Part shown: in pieces, positions 17,485 through 26,847 of the stretch
Position numbering within the stretch: position 1 is the stretch's first letter
Layout: each line of letters opens with the position of its first letter
From: an uncultured Flavobacteriales bacterium
GTDB taxonomy: Bacteria > Bacteroidota > Bacteroidia > Flavobacteriales > UBA1820
Reading direction: 5' to 3'
Length of the DNA: 64,000 nt
NCBI GenBank assembly: GCA_959608625.1
Contig: CAUHQV010000006.1
Span: 6,498-70,497 of the forward strand
Translations under genes and position numbers: made by a program
The notes under the pieces: model-generated
Told to the model about the DNA's origin: nothing
The model's input: the letters and a program-made list of their open reading frames with translations, nothing else
Databases searched by the model: none

Positions 17485-19794
17485 TCAGAATGTATACCCG
17501 GCGGAGAAAAACACGCCGAAATTGGACCCTGTTTTCTTGTCCGGGGAATACGTTCCCACCAGTTGGAGCTTGCCGATCGGGGTTCCGATACTGTAACCCG
17601 CCCCCATTCCGCTGATCTTTTCATACTTGGCCTTGAATGCAGACCTGTCGGCACTGGTAAGGCCGTAATTGTACGCCGCGAAGATATACTGGTTGCGTCC
17701 GGGGGAATACTGTAGTTTCACACTGGCCTTTATCAGGTTGTTTTGGCCGAGGTCGGTGGTCGTTTCGTCGTTGTTCCACATGAAAGGCAAGCCGTAGAAT
17801 TGCACGTAATTGAACGGCATCGTCGAGCGGACCCCGCCCGGGAAATACCGGTATGCGAACGGCAGTTTCCCGCTCATCGACAACCCGGCGTACCCGCCTA
17901 CGGTCAGCGCAAAATACTTTGACAGGCGGATGGATTGTTCCACTTCGGCGGTAATGAACGAAGGGAAATCTCCCCGGGAAGGTTCTACGATATAATCACC
18001 GGGTTTCGCTTTGGGCGAAAGGAGTATTTTGTACATCGCGTTGAAATAAAACCCGCGCGTGGGGAAAAACTTATCGTCCCGCGTATCGCCGGAGAAATAC
18101 ACGTTCGGGGAGAAAAAATACGTGTTCTCAAAATTGAGGGAACCCGCACCCACGTAACTGAAATTGTCTATCGACGATTTCATGTAAAGGTACTCCACGC
18201 CCAAGCCTACGGTATATTTTTGGTTGATGATAGTCTGGGCGTATATATTGGCCTGCACGTAATCGCTGGCAATATCGGTGCGGAGTTTAAAGGGGATCTG
18301 TTCGCCCGAACCGCCGATAATATCCATGAAATTAGTCTGGGTTGTCAGCCGGCCGACTTTGAAATTGACCCCCAGCGAAGGGCGGGATCCGTTGTCTCGG
18401 AACAGGGACATCCACAGCGAGGGACTTTCACCGATCACCAGATCCGTTTCGAAAATACTCCGGCGCAGGATGTTATTGATCCGCAGGTTGAGCAGCAGGT
18501 TGATCCCATACAGTCGGTCGTACCCCCAGCTCACTCCCACATATTGGTGTACCGGATTTTCGACCACGATCAGGTTCAGTACATGCCGGCCGGGGGCCGA
18601 ACCCTTGCGCAGCCGGTAATACACATTCTCGAAATTGTCCGTGGCATAAAGCCGTGACACAGCACGGTGGATATCGTCCAGCGTGACGCTATCCGGAAAA
18701 TCCTTGTCGAAGCGACCCATAAAATACTCTTTCGTGTACTCCCGGGTGCCGGATATTTGCAAGTCCTCTATCAGGAAGCCTTCCGTAGGATTCACCTGCG
18801 GGCGCGTTCTCTCGGGGATATCGCACCCTTTCTGCATTTGCGCAATCTTGTCCAAAACGGCAGCCTGCGCTTCGGCGGCGATGACCCCCCGCTCGTAAAT
18901 ACTGTCCGCCGCATCGAAGCTCATCACATTGAACTCGGCGATATCCGGCTTTATTTCCAGGTCTACGTTTTTACGCTGTGCTTCTACGTTGCGGACGATC
19001 TGAAACCCGATGATCTGGTCGAGAATGCCCACGATCGAGCCCAGTTTTTCCGACGAGGAAAGACCCGAGTTGATATTGATACCGATCACGATATCGGCGC
19101 CCATTTCCCGCATCTGGTCTACCGGATAATTATCCAGCACGCCCCCGTCCACATATACGGTAGAATCTATCTCGAACGGGGTAAGCAGCGAAGGGAACGT
19201 CCCGCTGGCCCGCATAGCCTCGGGCAGATACCCTTTGTCCAGTTTGACCGACGTCCCGTGGGACAGGTCGGTCGCTTTGGCGAAATAGGGGATGTACAGG
19301 CTGTCGAAATCGGTCACATCATGGACCGGGACGGTCCAGTCCGCAAACATATTGATGATATTCTGTCCGTGCGATATGGCCGAGGGAAATTGTAGTTTGA
19401 ATTTTTTCATACCCAGGCGGAACCATATCCGGCCTTCGGTCTGCTTGTCATAGTACAGGCGGTACTGCCTTTCGGCCTTGTCCTGCACCAGTTTCATCAT
19501 ATCGAAGTCCTGGATGAGCGAATCGATCTGCTCGGTCGTCCAGCCCGCGGCATAAAGACCGCCCACGATAGCCCCGATGGACGTACCCCCTATGTAGTCG
19601 ATGTGGATACCCGCATCCTCGATGACTTTGATAGCTCCCAGGTGTGCGAAGCCTTTGGCCCCGCCGCCGGACAGGACGAGCCCCACTTTGGGACGCTTCC
19701 CGTGCATCGTAGTATCCGCCGGATTGGCAAACCCCTGTATGCACGCCAGCAATCCCACCGATAAACAGAGCAGATATTTGAAGTTCTTTTTCAT
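17485..19794 (-). CDS. patatin-like phospholipase fused to an Omp85/BamA-type beta-barrel (type Vd autotransporter-like architecture)
   Basis: 769 aa. Signal peptide. Patatin motifs SGGGAKG (oxyanion), GTSIG (GxSxG) and VDGGVLDNYP (catalytic Asp). POTRA-like linker. C-terminal beta-strand-rich region ending ...FFSAGYTF (terminal aromatic residue typical of outer-membrane barrels). Confidence 0.85.
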   Translation of the reverse strand: MKKNFKYLLCLSVGLLACIQGFANPADTTMHGKRPKVGLVLSGGGAKGFAHLGAIKVIEDAGIHIDYIGGTSIGAIVGGLYAAGWTTEQIDSLIQDFDMMKLVQDKAERQYRLYYDKQTEGRIWFRLGMKKFKLQFPSAISHGQNIINMFADWTVPVHDVTDFDSLYIPYFAKATDLSHGTSVKLDKGYLPEAMRASGTFPSLLTPFEIDSTVYVDGGVLDNYPVDQMREMGADIVIGININSGLSSSEKLGSIVGILDQIIGFQIVRNVEAQRKNVDLEIKPDIAEFNVMSFDAADSIYERGVIAAEAQAAVLDKIAQMQKGCDIPERTRPQVNPTEGFLIEDLQISGTREYTKEYFMGRFDKDFPDSVTLDDIHRAVSRLYATDNFENVYYRLRKGSAPGRHVLNLIVVENPVHQYVGVSWGYDRLYGINLLLNLRINNILRRSIFETDLVIGESPSLWMSLFRDNGSRPSLGVNFKVGRLTTQTNFMDIIGGSGEQIPFKLRTDIASDYVQANIYAQTIINQKYTVGLGVEYLYMKSSIDNFSYVGAGSLNFENTYFFSPNVYFSGDTRDDKFFPTRGFYFNAMYKILLSPKAKPGDYIVEPSRGDFPSFITAEVEQSIRLSKYFALTVGGYAGLSMSGKLPFAYRYFPGGVRSTMPFNYVQFYGLPFMWNNDETTTDLGQNNLIKASVKLQYSPGRNQYIFAAYNYGLTSADRSAFKAKYEKISGMGAGYSIGTPIGKLQLVGTYSPDKKTGSNFGVFFSAGYTF

Positions 19795-19818
19795 GGGGTA
19801 CGGTATTAGCTGGTTATT

Positions 19819-21192
19819 TTAAGCGAAACACAGTTTTATCAGTTGCTCGATCCGTTCGATCGGCATCACGCGGATAGAAGGATAAGCCGCCGGTTTCACT
19901 TTGTTGTAAGCCGATACGAAAACGATGTCGAAGCCCAGTTTTTGTGCCTCGGCGATACGTTGTTCGATGCGGGTGACAGGGCGAATCTCCCCGGACAACC
20001 CCACTTCGGCCGCGAAACAGGTCTTTCCGCCTAGGGGAATGTCCTGATCGGAAGACAGCACTGAGGCGACCACCGCCAGGTCGAGGGCGGGATCGTCCAC
20101 CCGGAGGCCTCCCGTAATATTGAGAAAGACATCTTTAGCCGCCAGGCGGAACCCGGCGCGTTTTTCCAGCACAGCCAGCAACATATTCAGCCGGCGCGTA
20201 TCGTACCCGGTAGACGTGCGCTGGGGCGTTCCGTACACGGCGGAAGAAACCAATGCCTGTACTTCTATCAGGATAGGCCGGATACCCTCCAGGGTCACCG
20301 CAATACTGTTGCCCGAAAGGGAGGAATTGTGCCCCGATATGAGCGCCGACGAAGGGTTTTCCACCACCTCGAGCCCGGCCGCAGCCATCTGGTAGATACC
20401 TATTTCATTAGTAGAACCGAAACGGTTCTTTTGTACCCGCACGATGCGGTACAGGTGGTTACGGTCGCCTTCGAACTGGAGCACCGCATCCACCATGTGT
20501 TCGAGAATCTTCGGGCCGGCCAGCGTACCGTCCTTGGTGATATGGCCGATCAGCACGACCGGCACGCCGCTCTCTTTGGCATACCGCAAAAGTTCGGCCG
20601 CACACTCCCGTATTTGGGTCACGCTCCCGGCCGAAGCCTCGGCACGGGACGTATAGAGGGTCTGGATCGAATCCACCACCACCATCCGGGGTTTCACAGA
20701 AGCTATATGGGAAAAGATCGCATCGGTATTGGTCTCCGACAAGACAAAGCAATCCTCGTTGTCAATACCGATCCGGTCGGCCCGCATTTTTATCTGTTCC
20801 GCCGATTCTTCGCCCGACACGTACAAAGTACGCAATCCTCTGGCCTTCAAAGCAATTTGAAGCATGAGAGTGGATTTTCCGATACCGGGCTCTCCGCCTA
20901 ACAACATCAACGAACCGGGCACGATGCCCCCGCCGAGGATCCGGTCGAATTCCATATCGGCCGTGGAGATACGCCGCTGGGCGGAATACTCCACCTCGCG
21001 GATATTGAGCGGTTTCGCATCGCGTTTGCGGTCGTCCTGTCCCAGGCTCCACGCCGGGGCATTGGAAGGGGCGGACGAAACGGCCATTTCGGTAATGGTA
21101 TTCCACTGGCGGCACGAAGGGCATTGCCCGTACCACTTGGGGTATTCCATCCCGCAGTTTCCGCACACGAATACGGTCTTGGTCTTAGCCAT
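19819..21192 (-). CDS. radA: DNA repair protein RadA/Sms
   Basis: 457 aa. N-terminal C4 zinc finger CGNCGMEYPKWYGQCPSC, Walker A GGEPGIGKST, KNRFG motif, Lon-like C-terminal domain. Confidence 0.95.
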   Translation of the reverse strand: MAKTKTVFVCGNCGMEYPKWYGQCPSCRQWNTITEMAVSSAPSNAPAWSLGQDDRKRDAKPLNIREVEYSAQRRISTADMEFDRILGGGIVPGSLMLLGGEPGIGKSTLMLQIALKARGLRTLYVSGEESAEQIKMRADRIGIDNEDCFVLSETNTDAIFSHIASVKPRMVVVDSIQTLYTSRAEASAGSVTQIRECAAELLRYAKESGVPVVLIGHITKDGTLAGPKILEHMVDAVLQFEGDRNHLYRIVRVQKNRFGSTNEIGIYQMAAAGLEVVENPSSALISGHNSSLSGNSIAVTLEGIRPILIEVQALVSSAVYGTPQRTSTGYDTRRLNMLLAVLEKRAGFRLAAKDVFLNITGGLRVDDPALDLAVVASVLSSDQDIPLGGKTCFAAEVGLSGEIRPVTRIEQRIAEAQKLGFDIVFVSAYNKVKPAAYPSIRVMPIERIEQLIKLCFA

Positions 21193-21196
21193 GTTT

Positions 21197-21856
21197 TTAG
21201 GCGATATTCAGGCGTTTGACTACCGAGAACGCTTTGTCGATATCGTCCTGGGAAACGATCAGGGTGAATTCGTTGGTAGTGGAAACCACTTCGAGCAGGT
21301 TAATGCCTTCCCAGGCCACTTTTTTGAAGATGTAGTAGTACAATCCCGAACAGTTGGAATTGTCCTCCGGCAGTTTGACCGTGATGGACGCCAGTTTCGG
21401 GGCCTTAGAGATCAATTCTTCTCCCCGGAAATAATCGTCCACATACTCTTCCGCCGTATTGGACAGAATGATGGTGGTCTCGTACACGCCCTGCGAATAG
21501 GTGTAAAAGATCTCTTTGGCATTACCTATTTTGTCGAGCAGCTGCCCCTGCCGCACAATGAGCGTAGGGGAATTGCGGAATGTGTATTTCACCAGGTTGG
21601 AACGCACCGTAATGTCGCCCAACGATCGGATAATCAGACGAATGCGGTTTTCCAGTTCGAATTGCAGGATCGGATGTATCCGTTTAATGGCCATGATAAT
21701 GGCCCCCTCGCGGACTTCCTTTTTCAAGGCGGCTTCTATATCGGGCTGCAGGGCGCGGGCGAGCGACGAAATATTGATCAGGTCCTGCGCGAGGGCCTCT
21801 TCCAGATAGGGCTTTTCCTTGATCAGGTTTTCCACTACGGATGATATCGATTTCAT
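21197..21856 (-). CDS. ACT-domain (ACT_7-like) protein of unknown function
   Basis: 219 aa. The C-terminal GLYYYIFKKVAWEGINLLEVVSTTNEFTLIVSQDDIDKAFSVVKRL resembles ACT_7 ligand-binding modules. Only 4 nt upstream of radA. A TATCTTTG box lies 34 nt upstream. Confidence 0.6.
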   Translation of the reverse strand: MKSISSVVENLIKEKPYLEEALAQDLINISSLARALQPDIEAALKKEVREGAIIMAIKRIHPILQFELENRIRLIIRSLGDITVRSNLVKYTFRNSPTLIVRQGQLLDKIGNAKEIFYTYSQGVYETTIILSNTAEEYVDDYFRGEELISKAPKLASITVKLPEDNSNCSGLYYYIFKKVAWEGINLLEVVSTTNEFTLIVSQDDIDKAFSVVKRLNIA

Positions 21857-21889
21857 GGCAATATTTTGTTGTTTTTGTTAAATATGTAA

Positions 21890-21897
21890 CAAAGATA
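21890..21897 (-). promoter_or_regulatory. Bacteroidota -7 promoter box (TATCTTTG) for the ACT-protein/radA operon
   Basis: Perfect TAnnTTTG on the minus strand, 34 nt upstream of the ATG at 21856, in an AT-rich spacer. Confidence 0.5.
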
Positions 21898-21949
21898 AAA
21901 ATTATTATACAAATAAGTTAAAGGCGTTTAAAATTTATTTATTCTGCAT

Positions 21950-21957
21950 TAATTTTG
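21950..21957 (+). promoter_or_regulatory. Bacteroidota -7 promoter box (TAATTTTG) for lysC
   Basis: Perfect TAnnTTTG, 18 nt upstream of the ATG at 21975. Confidence 0.5.
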
Positions 21958-21974
21958 CCGCAAAACATTGAAAA

Positions 21975-23312
21975 ATGGACAACAACAAGATGAAAGTATA
22001 CAAGTTCGGCGGCACATCGGTCGGTTCCGCCAAAAGGATGGGGGAAGTGGCCCGGATCATCGGCGACGACTCCGCCCCGAAGATCGTCGTGCTGTCCGCG
22101 ATGGCCGGTACGACCAACGCACTGGTGGAATTGTGCGACCTCTGCTATGCCGAAAAGGCTTCGAAAGCGCACAAAAAAGCGGAAGAACTGTACCAGAAAT
22201 ACATCGGGGTGGTAGACGAACTGTATCGCACCGACCAGGGGAAACAGCGTGCCCGCGCTTTCATCGACGCCAAGTTCGACGCCCTGGCCGGCTACCTGAC
22301 GGATTATTTCGTCATCCAGGACGAAAAGACCGTCCTGTCGTTCGGTGAACTGATCTCCACGGAACTTTTCCATTATTACCTGGGGGAAAACGGGGTAAAA
22401 TCCGTCCTGATCCCGGCCCTGTCGTTCATGCGCACCGACCGCCTGGGCGAACCGGACATGTACTATATCGGCCAGAACCTGCAGGCCAAACTCGACGCCA
22501 ACAAAGGCGTCGACCTTTTTATTACACAGGGATATATCTGCCTCAATGCCTGGGGCGAAGTGGACAACCTCCAACGGGGCGGCAGCGACTACACCGCCAC
22601 TATCGTCGGGGCGGCCATCAAAGCCAAGGAAGTGCAGATATGGACGGACATCGACGGGCTGCACGAGAACGATCCCCGGGTGGTGGAAGGCACGGCCGCC
22701 GTCGAGATGCTCTCGTACAGCGAGGCGGAAGAACTGGCCTATTTCGGGGCCAAAATACTCCATCCGCTTTGCGTGATTCCGGCCCATAACGCCGGCGTAC
22801 CGGTCTGGCTGAAATACACGCTCGACCCCAAAGCGCACGGCACCCTTATCTGCGCCGATTACGGGAAAGGTGGAGTGAAAGCCATTGCGGCCAAGGACGG
22901 CATCATCGCCATCAAGGTTCAGTCGGCCCGGATGATGATGGCCTATGGTTTCCTGCGGCGTATCTTCGAAATATTCGAGCGCTACCGCACCCCGATAGAT
23001 ATGATCACCACCTCCGAAGTAGCCGTATCCCTGACCATCGACGACGACAATTACCTTTCGCGTATCGTATCCGAACTGCGCGAATTCGGGATCGTCTCGG
23101 TAGACAAAGACCAGACCATCGTTTCGGTCGTGGGGCACGACATTGTGGAAGACCCGCGCAGCATGGATATTTTTGCCGCCCTGAAAGAACAGCCGGTGCG
23201 GATGATCTCCTACGGGGGCAGCCGCAACAATATTTCCATCCTGATCGACACTACCGCCAAAAAAGAGGTTCTCAAATGCCTAAGCGACCGTCTTTTCAAT
23301 AAAAAGAAATAA
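21975..23312 (+). CDS. lysC: aspartate kinase
   Basis: 445 aa. KVYKFGGTSVGS kinase N-terminus, amino-acid-kinase fold, C-terminal tandem ACT region. The start could be MKVYKFGG at 21990. Confidence 0.92.
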   Translation: MDNNKMKVYKFGGTSVGSAKRMGEVARIIGDDSAPKIVVLSAMAGTTNALVELCDLCYAEKASKAHKKAEELYQKYIGVVDELYRTDQGKQRARAFIDAKFDALAGYLTDYFVIQDEKTVLSFGELISTELFHYYLGENGVKSVLIPALSFMRTDRLGEPDMYYIGQNLQAKLDANKGVDLFITQGYICLNAWGEVDNLQRGGSDYTATIVGAAIKAKEVQIWTDIDGLHENDPRVVEGTAAVEMLSYSEAEELAYFGAKILHPLCVIPAHNAGVPVWLKYTLDPKAHGTLICADYGKGGVKAIAAKDGIIAIKVQSARMMMAYGFLRRIFEIFERYRTPIDMITTSEVAVSLTIDDDNYLSRIVSELREFGIVSVDKDQTIVSVVGHDIVEDPRSMDIFAALKEQPVRMISYGGSRNNISILIDTTAKKEVLKCLSDRLFNKKK

Positions 23313-23331
23313 GCGGCCGGAAATTCCGGAA

Positions 23332-23365
23332 AAAAGAAAGCGCGCCAATAGGCGCGCTTTCTTTT
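23332..23365. terminator. bidirectional intrinsic terminator between convergent lysC and the cysteine desulfurase gene
   Basis: Perfect 15-bp stem AAAAGAAAGCGCGCC / GGCGCGCTTTCTTTT with loop AATA. A/T runs on both sides. Confidence 0.8.
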
Positions 23366-23384
23366 ATGCTATAATAGTTAAAAC

Positions 23385-24566
23385 TTAGCTTATTTTCCGG
23401 ATCACACCTACGGCCGCATCGATTTCCTCCGGGGTATTGAAGCGTCCTATCGATATACGTACCGAAGGACACCCGGGCATATCATCGCTGTCTTTGTACA
23501 TTTCCTCCAATACGGCAGAGGGCTCCGGCGCTCCGGCCATACAGGCGCTCCCGGCCGAGACTTCCACTCCCTCCATATCCAGGGCCAGCAGAACGATGGA
23601 CGGGTCTTTCCGCACAGGCAGGGTCACGTTCACTATCCCCGGCAGGCATCCCTCTTTTTCCCGGCACAGTCCGTTGAAACGAATACCCGGCACAGCCTTT
23701 TCCAGCCCCAGGACGAGCCGTTCTTTCAGCCCGCGGACATAGACTGCATCTTCTTCCGCCCGCTCCGCACAGATACGCAAAGCGCATGCCATGCCGGCGA
23801 TCCCCGCTACGTTCTCCGTACCGGAGCGCATCCCGCGCTCCTGTTGTCCGCCATGCAGGAACGCCGGAAGACTTCCGGCCTGTTTTATATACAAAAATCC
23901 CACCCCTTTGGGTCCGTGGAATTTATGGGCCGACGCCGACAGGAAATCCACCGGGAGGGCCGCCAAATCGATTGGCACACGGCCCACTGTTTGCACGGCG
24001 TCCGTATGGTAAAGGGCCCCGTAGCGATGACAAAGCTCTCCAACGGCATGAATATCGCACAGGTTGCCTGTTTCGTTGTTGGCATGCATCAGGGAGACCA
24101 GTGTAGGCTTATCCGAGGCGGCCAGCAGGCTTTCGAGTTCCGGCATCGACAGGCGCCCTTCCCGGTCGAGGCCCACATACATTATCTCAACCCGGTTGTC
24201 GGGCGTAAAACGGGCATTACCCTGTTCGATCGCCTGTAAGGTGGAAGTCACCGCATGATGTTCGGCCCGGCACGAGAGGATGCGCCGTATCCCGGCCGCA
24301 CGTGCGCCTTGTAAGACTGTATTATCGCTCTCGGTGCCTCCCGAAGTAAAAATGATCTGCGAATGGTGCGCCCCGAGCGCCTGCGCGATCTCCCGGCGGC
24401 CTTGTTCGGCTGCCGCCTTAGCCTGGTGTCCGTCATGGTGCGCGGACGAGGGGTTGGCAAACGTGTCGTATAGCACCTGGCCCATTGTGAGTATCACTTC
24501 GGGCAGGGGGCGGGTGGTAGCCGCATTATCGAGGTATATGTGGCGGCGGTGTGGTTCTTTTTCCAT
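23385..24566 (-). CDS. cysteine desulfurase (class V aminotransferase, NifS/IscS-like)
   Basis: 393 aa. PLP-lysine motif [12 protein letters not shown] and catalytic-Cys loop SAGSACMAG. Confidence 0.9.
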   Translation of the reverse strand: MEKEPHRRHIYLDNAATTRPLPEVILTMGQVLYDTFANPSSAHHDGHQAKAAAEQGRREIAQALGAHHSQIIFTSGGTESDNTVLQGARAAGIRRILSCRAEHHAVTSTLQAIEQGNARFTPDNRVEIMYVGLDREGRLSMPELESLLAASDKPTLVSLMHANNETGNLCDIHAVGELCHRYGALYHTDAVQTVGRVPIDLAALPVDFLSASAHKFHGPKGVGFLYIKQAGSLPAFLHGGQQERGMRSGTENVAGIAGMACALRICAERAEEDAVYVRGLKERLVLGLEKAVPGIRFNGLCREKEGCLPGIVNVTLPVRKDPSIVLLALDMEGVEVSAGSACMAGAPEPSAVLEEMYKDSDDMPGCPSVRISIGRFNTPEEIDAAVGVIRKIS

Positions 24567-24667
24567 AAAAAATACGTTTCAAAGCATCCGAACAGGCAAA
24601 GTTTATTTATTTAATCCCGTTTTTGCAAGAAATTCCGTTTTTTATTTGTTTTCAGCGGAACTATTTA

Positions 24668-24675
24668 TAACTTTG
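24668..24675 (+). promoter_or_regulatory. Bacteroidota -7 promoter box (TAACTTTG) for rpmE
   Basis: Perfect TAnnTTTG, 109 nt upstream of the rpmE ATG. This implies a ~100-nt leader. Confidence 0.45.
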
Positions 24676-24783
24676 CGGCCTCTTGGGATTTCCACCCCCA
24701 AAAGGTTCCAGACTCTGAAGAACGATCCGACCAATCTTCCAAAGAGCGTAAAACAGAAGAATAAAAAGAAGATACTGAATAAA

Positions 24784-25017
24784 ATGAAAAAAGGTATTCA
24801 TCCTGAAAATTACAGACTTTGCGCATTCCGCGATATGTCCAACGGAGAAACGTTCATCACGCATTCCACGGCCGACACCAAAGATACGGTGGAAATAGAC
24901 GGGGTGACCTATCCGCTGATCAAGCTTGAAATCTCCTCCTACTCACACCCTTTCTACACCGGAAAGGTGAAACTGGTGGATACGGCAGGACGTGTGGACA
25001 AATTCCGCAAGAAATAA
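24784..25017 (+). CDS. rpmE: 50S ribosomal protein L31, type B (no CxxC zinc motif)
   Basis: Internal ATG of track ORF 24280..25017 gives the 77-aa [30 protein letters not shown]...[11 protein letters not shown]. This is the L31 signature without the Cys pairs. Confidence 0.93.
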   Translation: MKKGIHPENYRLCAFRDMSNGETFITHSTADTKDTVEIDGVTYPLIKLEISSYSHPFYTGKVKLVDTAGRVDKFRKK

Positions 25018-25060
25018 GGTATCAAATAATTCCTTTTCTACGGAAAAAACGCGCCTTACA

Positions 25061-25100
25061 ACACAAAAGACCCGGACTTACAAGTCCGGGTCTTTTGTGT
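25061..25100. terminator. bidirectional intrinsic terminator between convergent rpmE and coaE
   Basis: 17-bp stem ACACAAAAGACCCGGAC / GTCCGGGTCTTTTGTGT with loop TTACAA. T-run on the plus side. Confidence 0.8.
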
Positions 25101-25116
25101 TTACCCTATTAGCTGT

Positions 25117-25728
25117 TCATAAAATAGCTGCCATATAAAAAAGGGCGTCCAGCCAGACGACCTCCCGTTCTTTTTCTTCGAAGTCAATGGGCGAGATCAC
25201 GATGTCGGCCCGGGCCGCCCTTTGTTCATCGGTCATCTGGCGGCCCATCCGGGCCCGGACGGCTTCTTCGGATAACCCGTCCCTTTGGGCTACACGCTCT
25301 ATCCGGATATTTTCGGGGATACACACCGCTACGGTAGCGTCGCAGCGTTTGTCCCCCCCGGATTCGAAAAGGATGGCCGATTCCAGGATCACATACGGCG
25401 CCTGTACGCATAGGCGCCAATGTTCGAAATCCATATAAGTAGCCGGATGGACGATCGCATTGAGTTTACCCAGCAACGCGGCATCTAAAAATACCCTCTC
25501 GGCTACATACCGGCGATCCAACTGCCCGTGGACATACGCCTGTTCGCCCAGCAGGTTCTTGATATTCTCCACCAGGATATGGTCGGTGTTCATCAACTCT
25601 TTCGCGCGCTGGTCGGCGTAATAGACCGCAGCCCCCCGCTTTTCGAACATGGAGGCCAATGTGCTCTTGCCGGAGCCTATGCCCCCGGTAAGCCCCACGG
25701 TATAGATAGTTCCTTTCATTCGGCGCAA
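25117..25728 (-). CDS. coaE: dephospho-CoA kinase
   Basis: 203 aa. P-loop GLTGGIGSGKST and a CoaE-like body. The start may be MKGTIYTVG (25719). Confidence 0.9.
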   Translation of the reverse strand: MRRMKGTIYTVGLTGGIGSGKSTLASMFEKRGAAVYYADQRAKELMNTDHILVENIKNLLGEQAYVHGQLDRRYVAERVFLDAALLGKLNAIVHPATYMDFEHWRLCVQAPYVILESAILFESGGDKRCDATVAVCIPENIRIERVAQRDGLSEEAVRARMGRQMTDEQRAARADIVISPIDFEEKEREVVWLDALFYMAAIL

Positions 25729-25729
25729 A

Positions 25730-26764
25730 TTAGCGTTTCCGGTATATATACTGTATCCTTTCGGGCACCAGGGCTATTTTACCCACAAAAGGAGGCGAGG
25801 CCGTGACTTTCGGATATACGAAACGGGTATCGGGATCCGTATGGCCCATATCGACCGTGACCCGGAAATCCTTTTCGCCTACCCGGGCATAATCTTCCAC
25901 GGCCACCCGGTATCGCAGGGATACTTTAGCCGGGAAAAACTTGACAGAGTAACCCGCCGGCACATTCACCGCCCGGACACTGACTTGCATTTCCCCTTCG
26001 GTATAAGGCTTCACCGTCAGGGAAACGGCCACCCGGGGCGGTTCGATCCTCACTTTTTGAAGGGTAGGCGGGAGAGTCAGTTTAACCGAATCGGTGAGCG
26101 GGGCCGAAAGATTACGGTAAGACAATTCCGGCAGGGTAATGCGGTCTATCTGGCCCACCTCCTCGGGTGTACCGAATATTTTTACCCGCACCGGATTGAC
26201 CATAACCGGATCGAAAGCCCCGTAACCGGGACGGAACGTGGTATTGATCTTCGACACTTCTACCGGGACGGTCTTGGAAACCTCATCGCCCATATTGAGG
26301 AATATCGTATCGGCCACGATATCTTTGATCTGGTCGGAAGGGAGTATCGCCTGGGCTATCAGTTCGGGATGCCGGGCCGGTATCCAATAGTGGCGCCCAT
26401 GGGATTCGCGTACGACCTTGTTCAGATCGACCTCCAGATCCCGGGTTCCCACGGCATAACTGAGCATATTGAAACCGTTCATCTGTACGGCTATTTTGAT
26501 CTTTTGCCGGGAAAGATCCTCGGATGTATAGCCCGCCGGGGCATTCACATATACCGGCGATATCGTGGCGGACATGACATACCCGCTCTCCACCTGCTTG
26601 AGAAACCAAATGGCTAGAATGATAACGAATATGACCAGAAAAACGAACACCGAACGGTTATTGCGCACTTTCACATTGAAAATACGTTTGAGTTCCCTTT
26701 TTATATCGGGAGCCTCGTGCTGCCTGTCCGGTTTATCCTGCTGTATCCCGCTACTGCTTTCCAT
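25730..26764 (-). CDS. YbbR-like domain-containing membrane-anchored protein
   Basis: Start moved to the internal Met MESSSGIQQ (cat at 26762-26764). One N-terminal TM (VFVFLVIFVIILAIWFL) followed by repeated beta-rich YbbR-like modules. Immediately upstream of coaE, as is common in Bacteroidota. Confidence 0.7.
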   Translation of the reverse strand: MESSSGIQQDKPDRQHEAPDIKRELKRIFNVKVRNNRSVFVFLVIFVIILAIWFLKQVESGYVMSATISPVYVNAPAGYTSEDLSRQKIKIAVQMNGFNMLSYAVGTRDLEVDLNKVVRESHGRHYWIPARHPELIAQAILPSDQIKDIVADTIFLNMGDEVSKTVPVEVSKINTTFRPGYGAFDPVMVNPVRVKIFGTPEEVGQIDRITLPELSYRNLSAPLTDSVKLTLPPTLQKVRIEPPRVAVSLTVKPYTEGEMQVSVRAVNVPAGYSVKFFPAKVSLRYRVAVEDYARVGEKDFRVTVDMGHTDPDTRFVYPKVTASPPFVGKIALVPERIQYIYRKR

Positions 26765-26797
26765 ACCTACGAAAATAGGCAAATACCGCCTAAAGAA

Positions 26798-26805
26798 CAA
26801 AAATA
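26798..26805 (-). promoter_or_regulatory. Bacteroidota -7 promoter box (TATTTTTG) for the YbbR-like/coaE operon
   Basis: Perfect TAnnTTTG on the minus strand, 34 nt upstream of the ATG at 26764. Confidence 0.45.
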
Positions 26806-26839
26806 ACAGGCACATAATAACATTTATCGCAACATTACT

Positions 26840-26847
26840 TATATTTG
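26840..26847 (+). promoter_or_regulatory. Bacteroidota -7 promoter box (TATATTTG), candidate promoter for the DUF4199/GT2/mutase gene string
   Basis: Perfect TAnnTTTG, 118 nt upstream of the ATG at 26965. No closer perfect box was seen. Confidence 0.35.

Noticed and set aside
17485-19794. The patatin protein as a CBASS-type or other anti-phage effector.
   Set aside because: It has a signal peptide and an outer-membrane barrel, and no adjacent cyclase, sensor or other defence genes. The architecture matches type Vd secreted lipases instead.
21857-21974. Riboswitch or attenuator upstream of lysC (lysine riboswitch), folE (THF/preQ1) or argS (T-box).
   Set aside because: Distances from the -7 boxes to the start codons are only about 18-70 nt, and I could not find the conserved cores of these RNA families.
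24280-24783. N-terminal over-extensions of track ORFs: L31 24280-24783, YbbR-like 26765-26932, DUF4199 26896-26964, ybaK 41324-41371, EEP 49008-49094, YbjQ-like 5817-5876, yidD 537-905.
   Set aside because: Family homology starts at internal Met codons. The extensions overlap neighbouring genes or promoter boxes. The lack of stop codons reflects GC richness.
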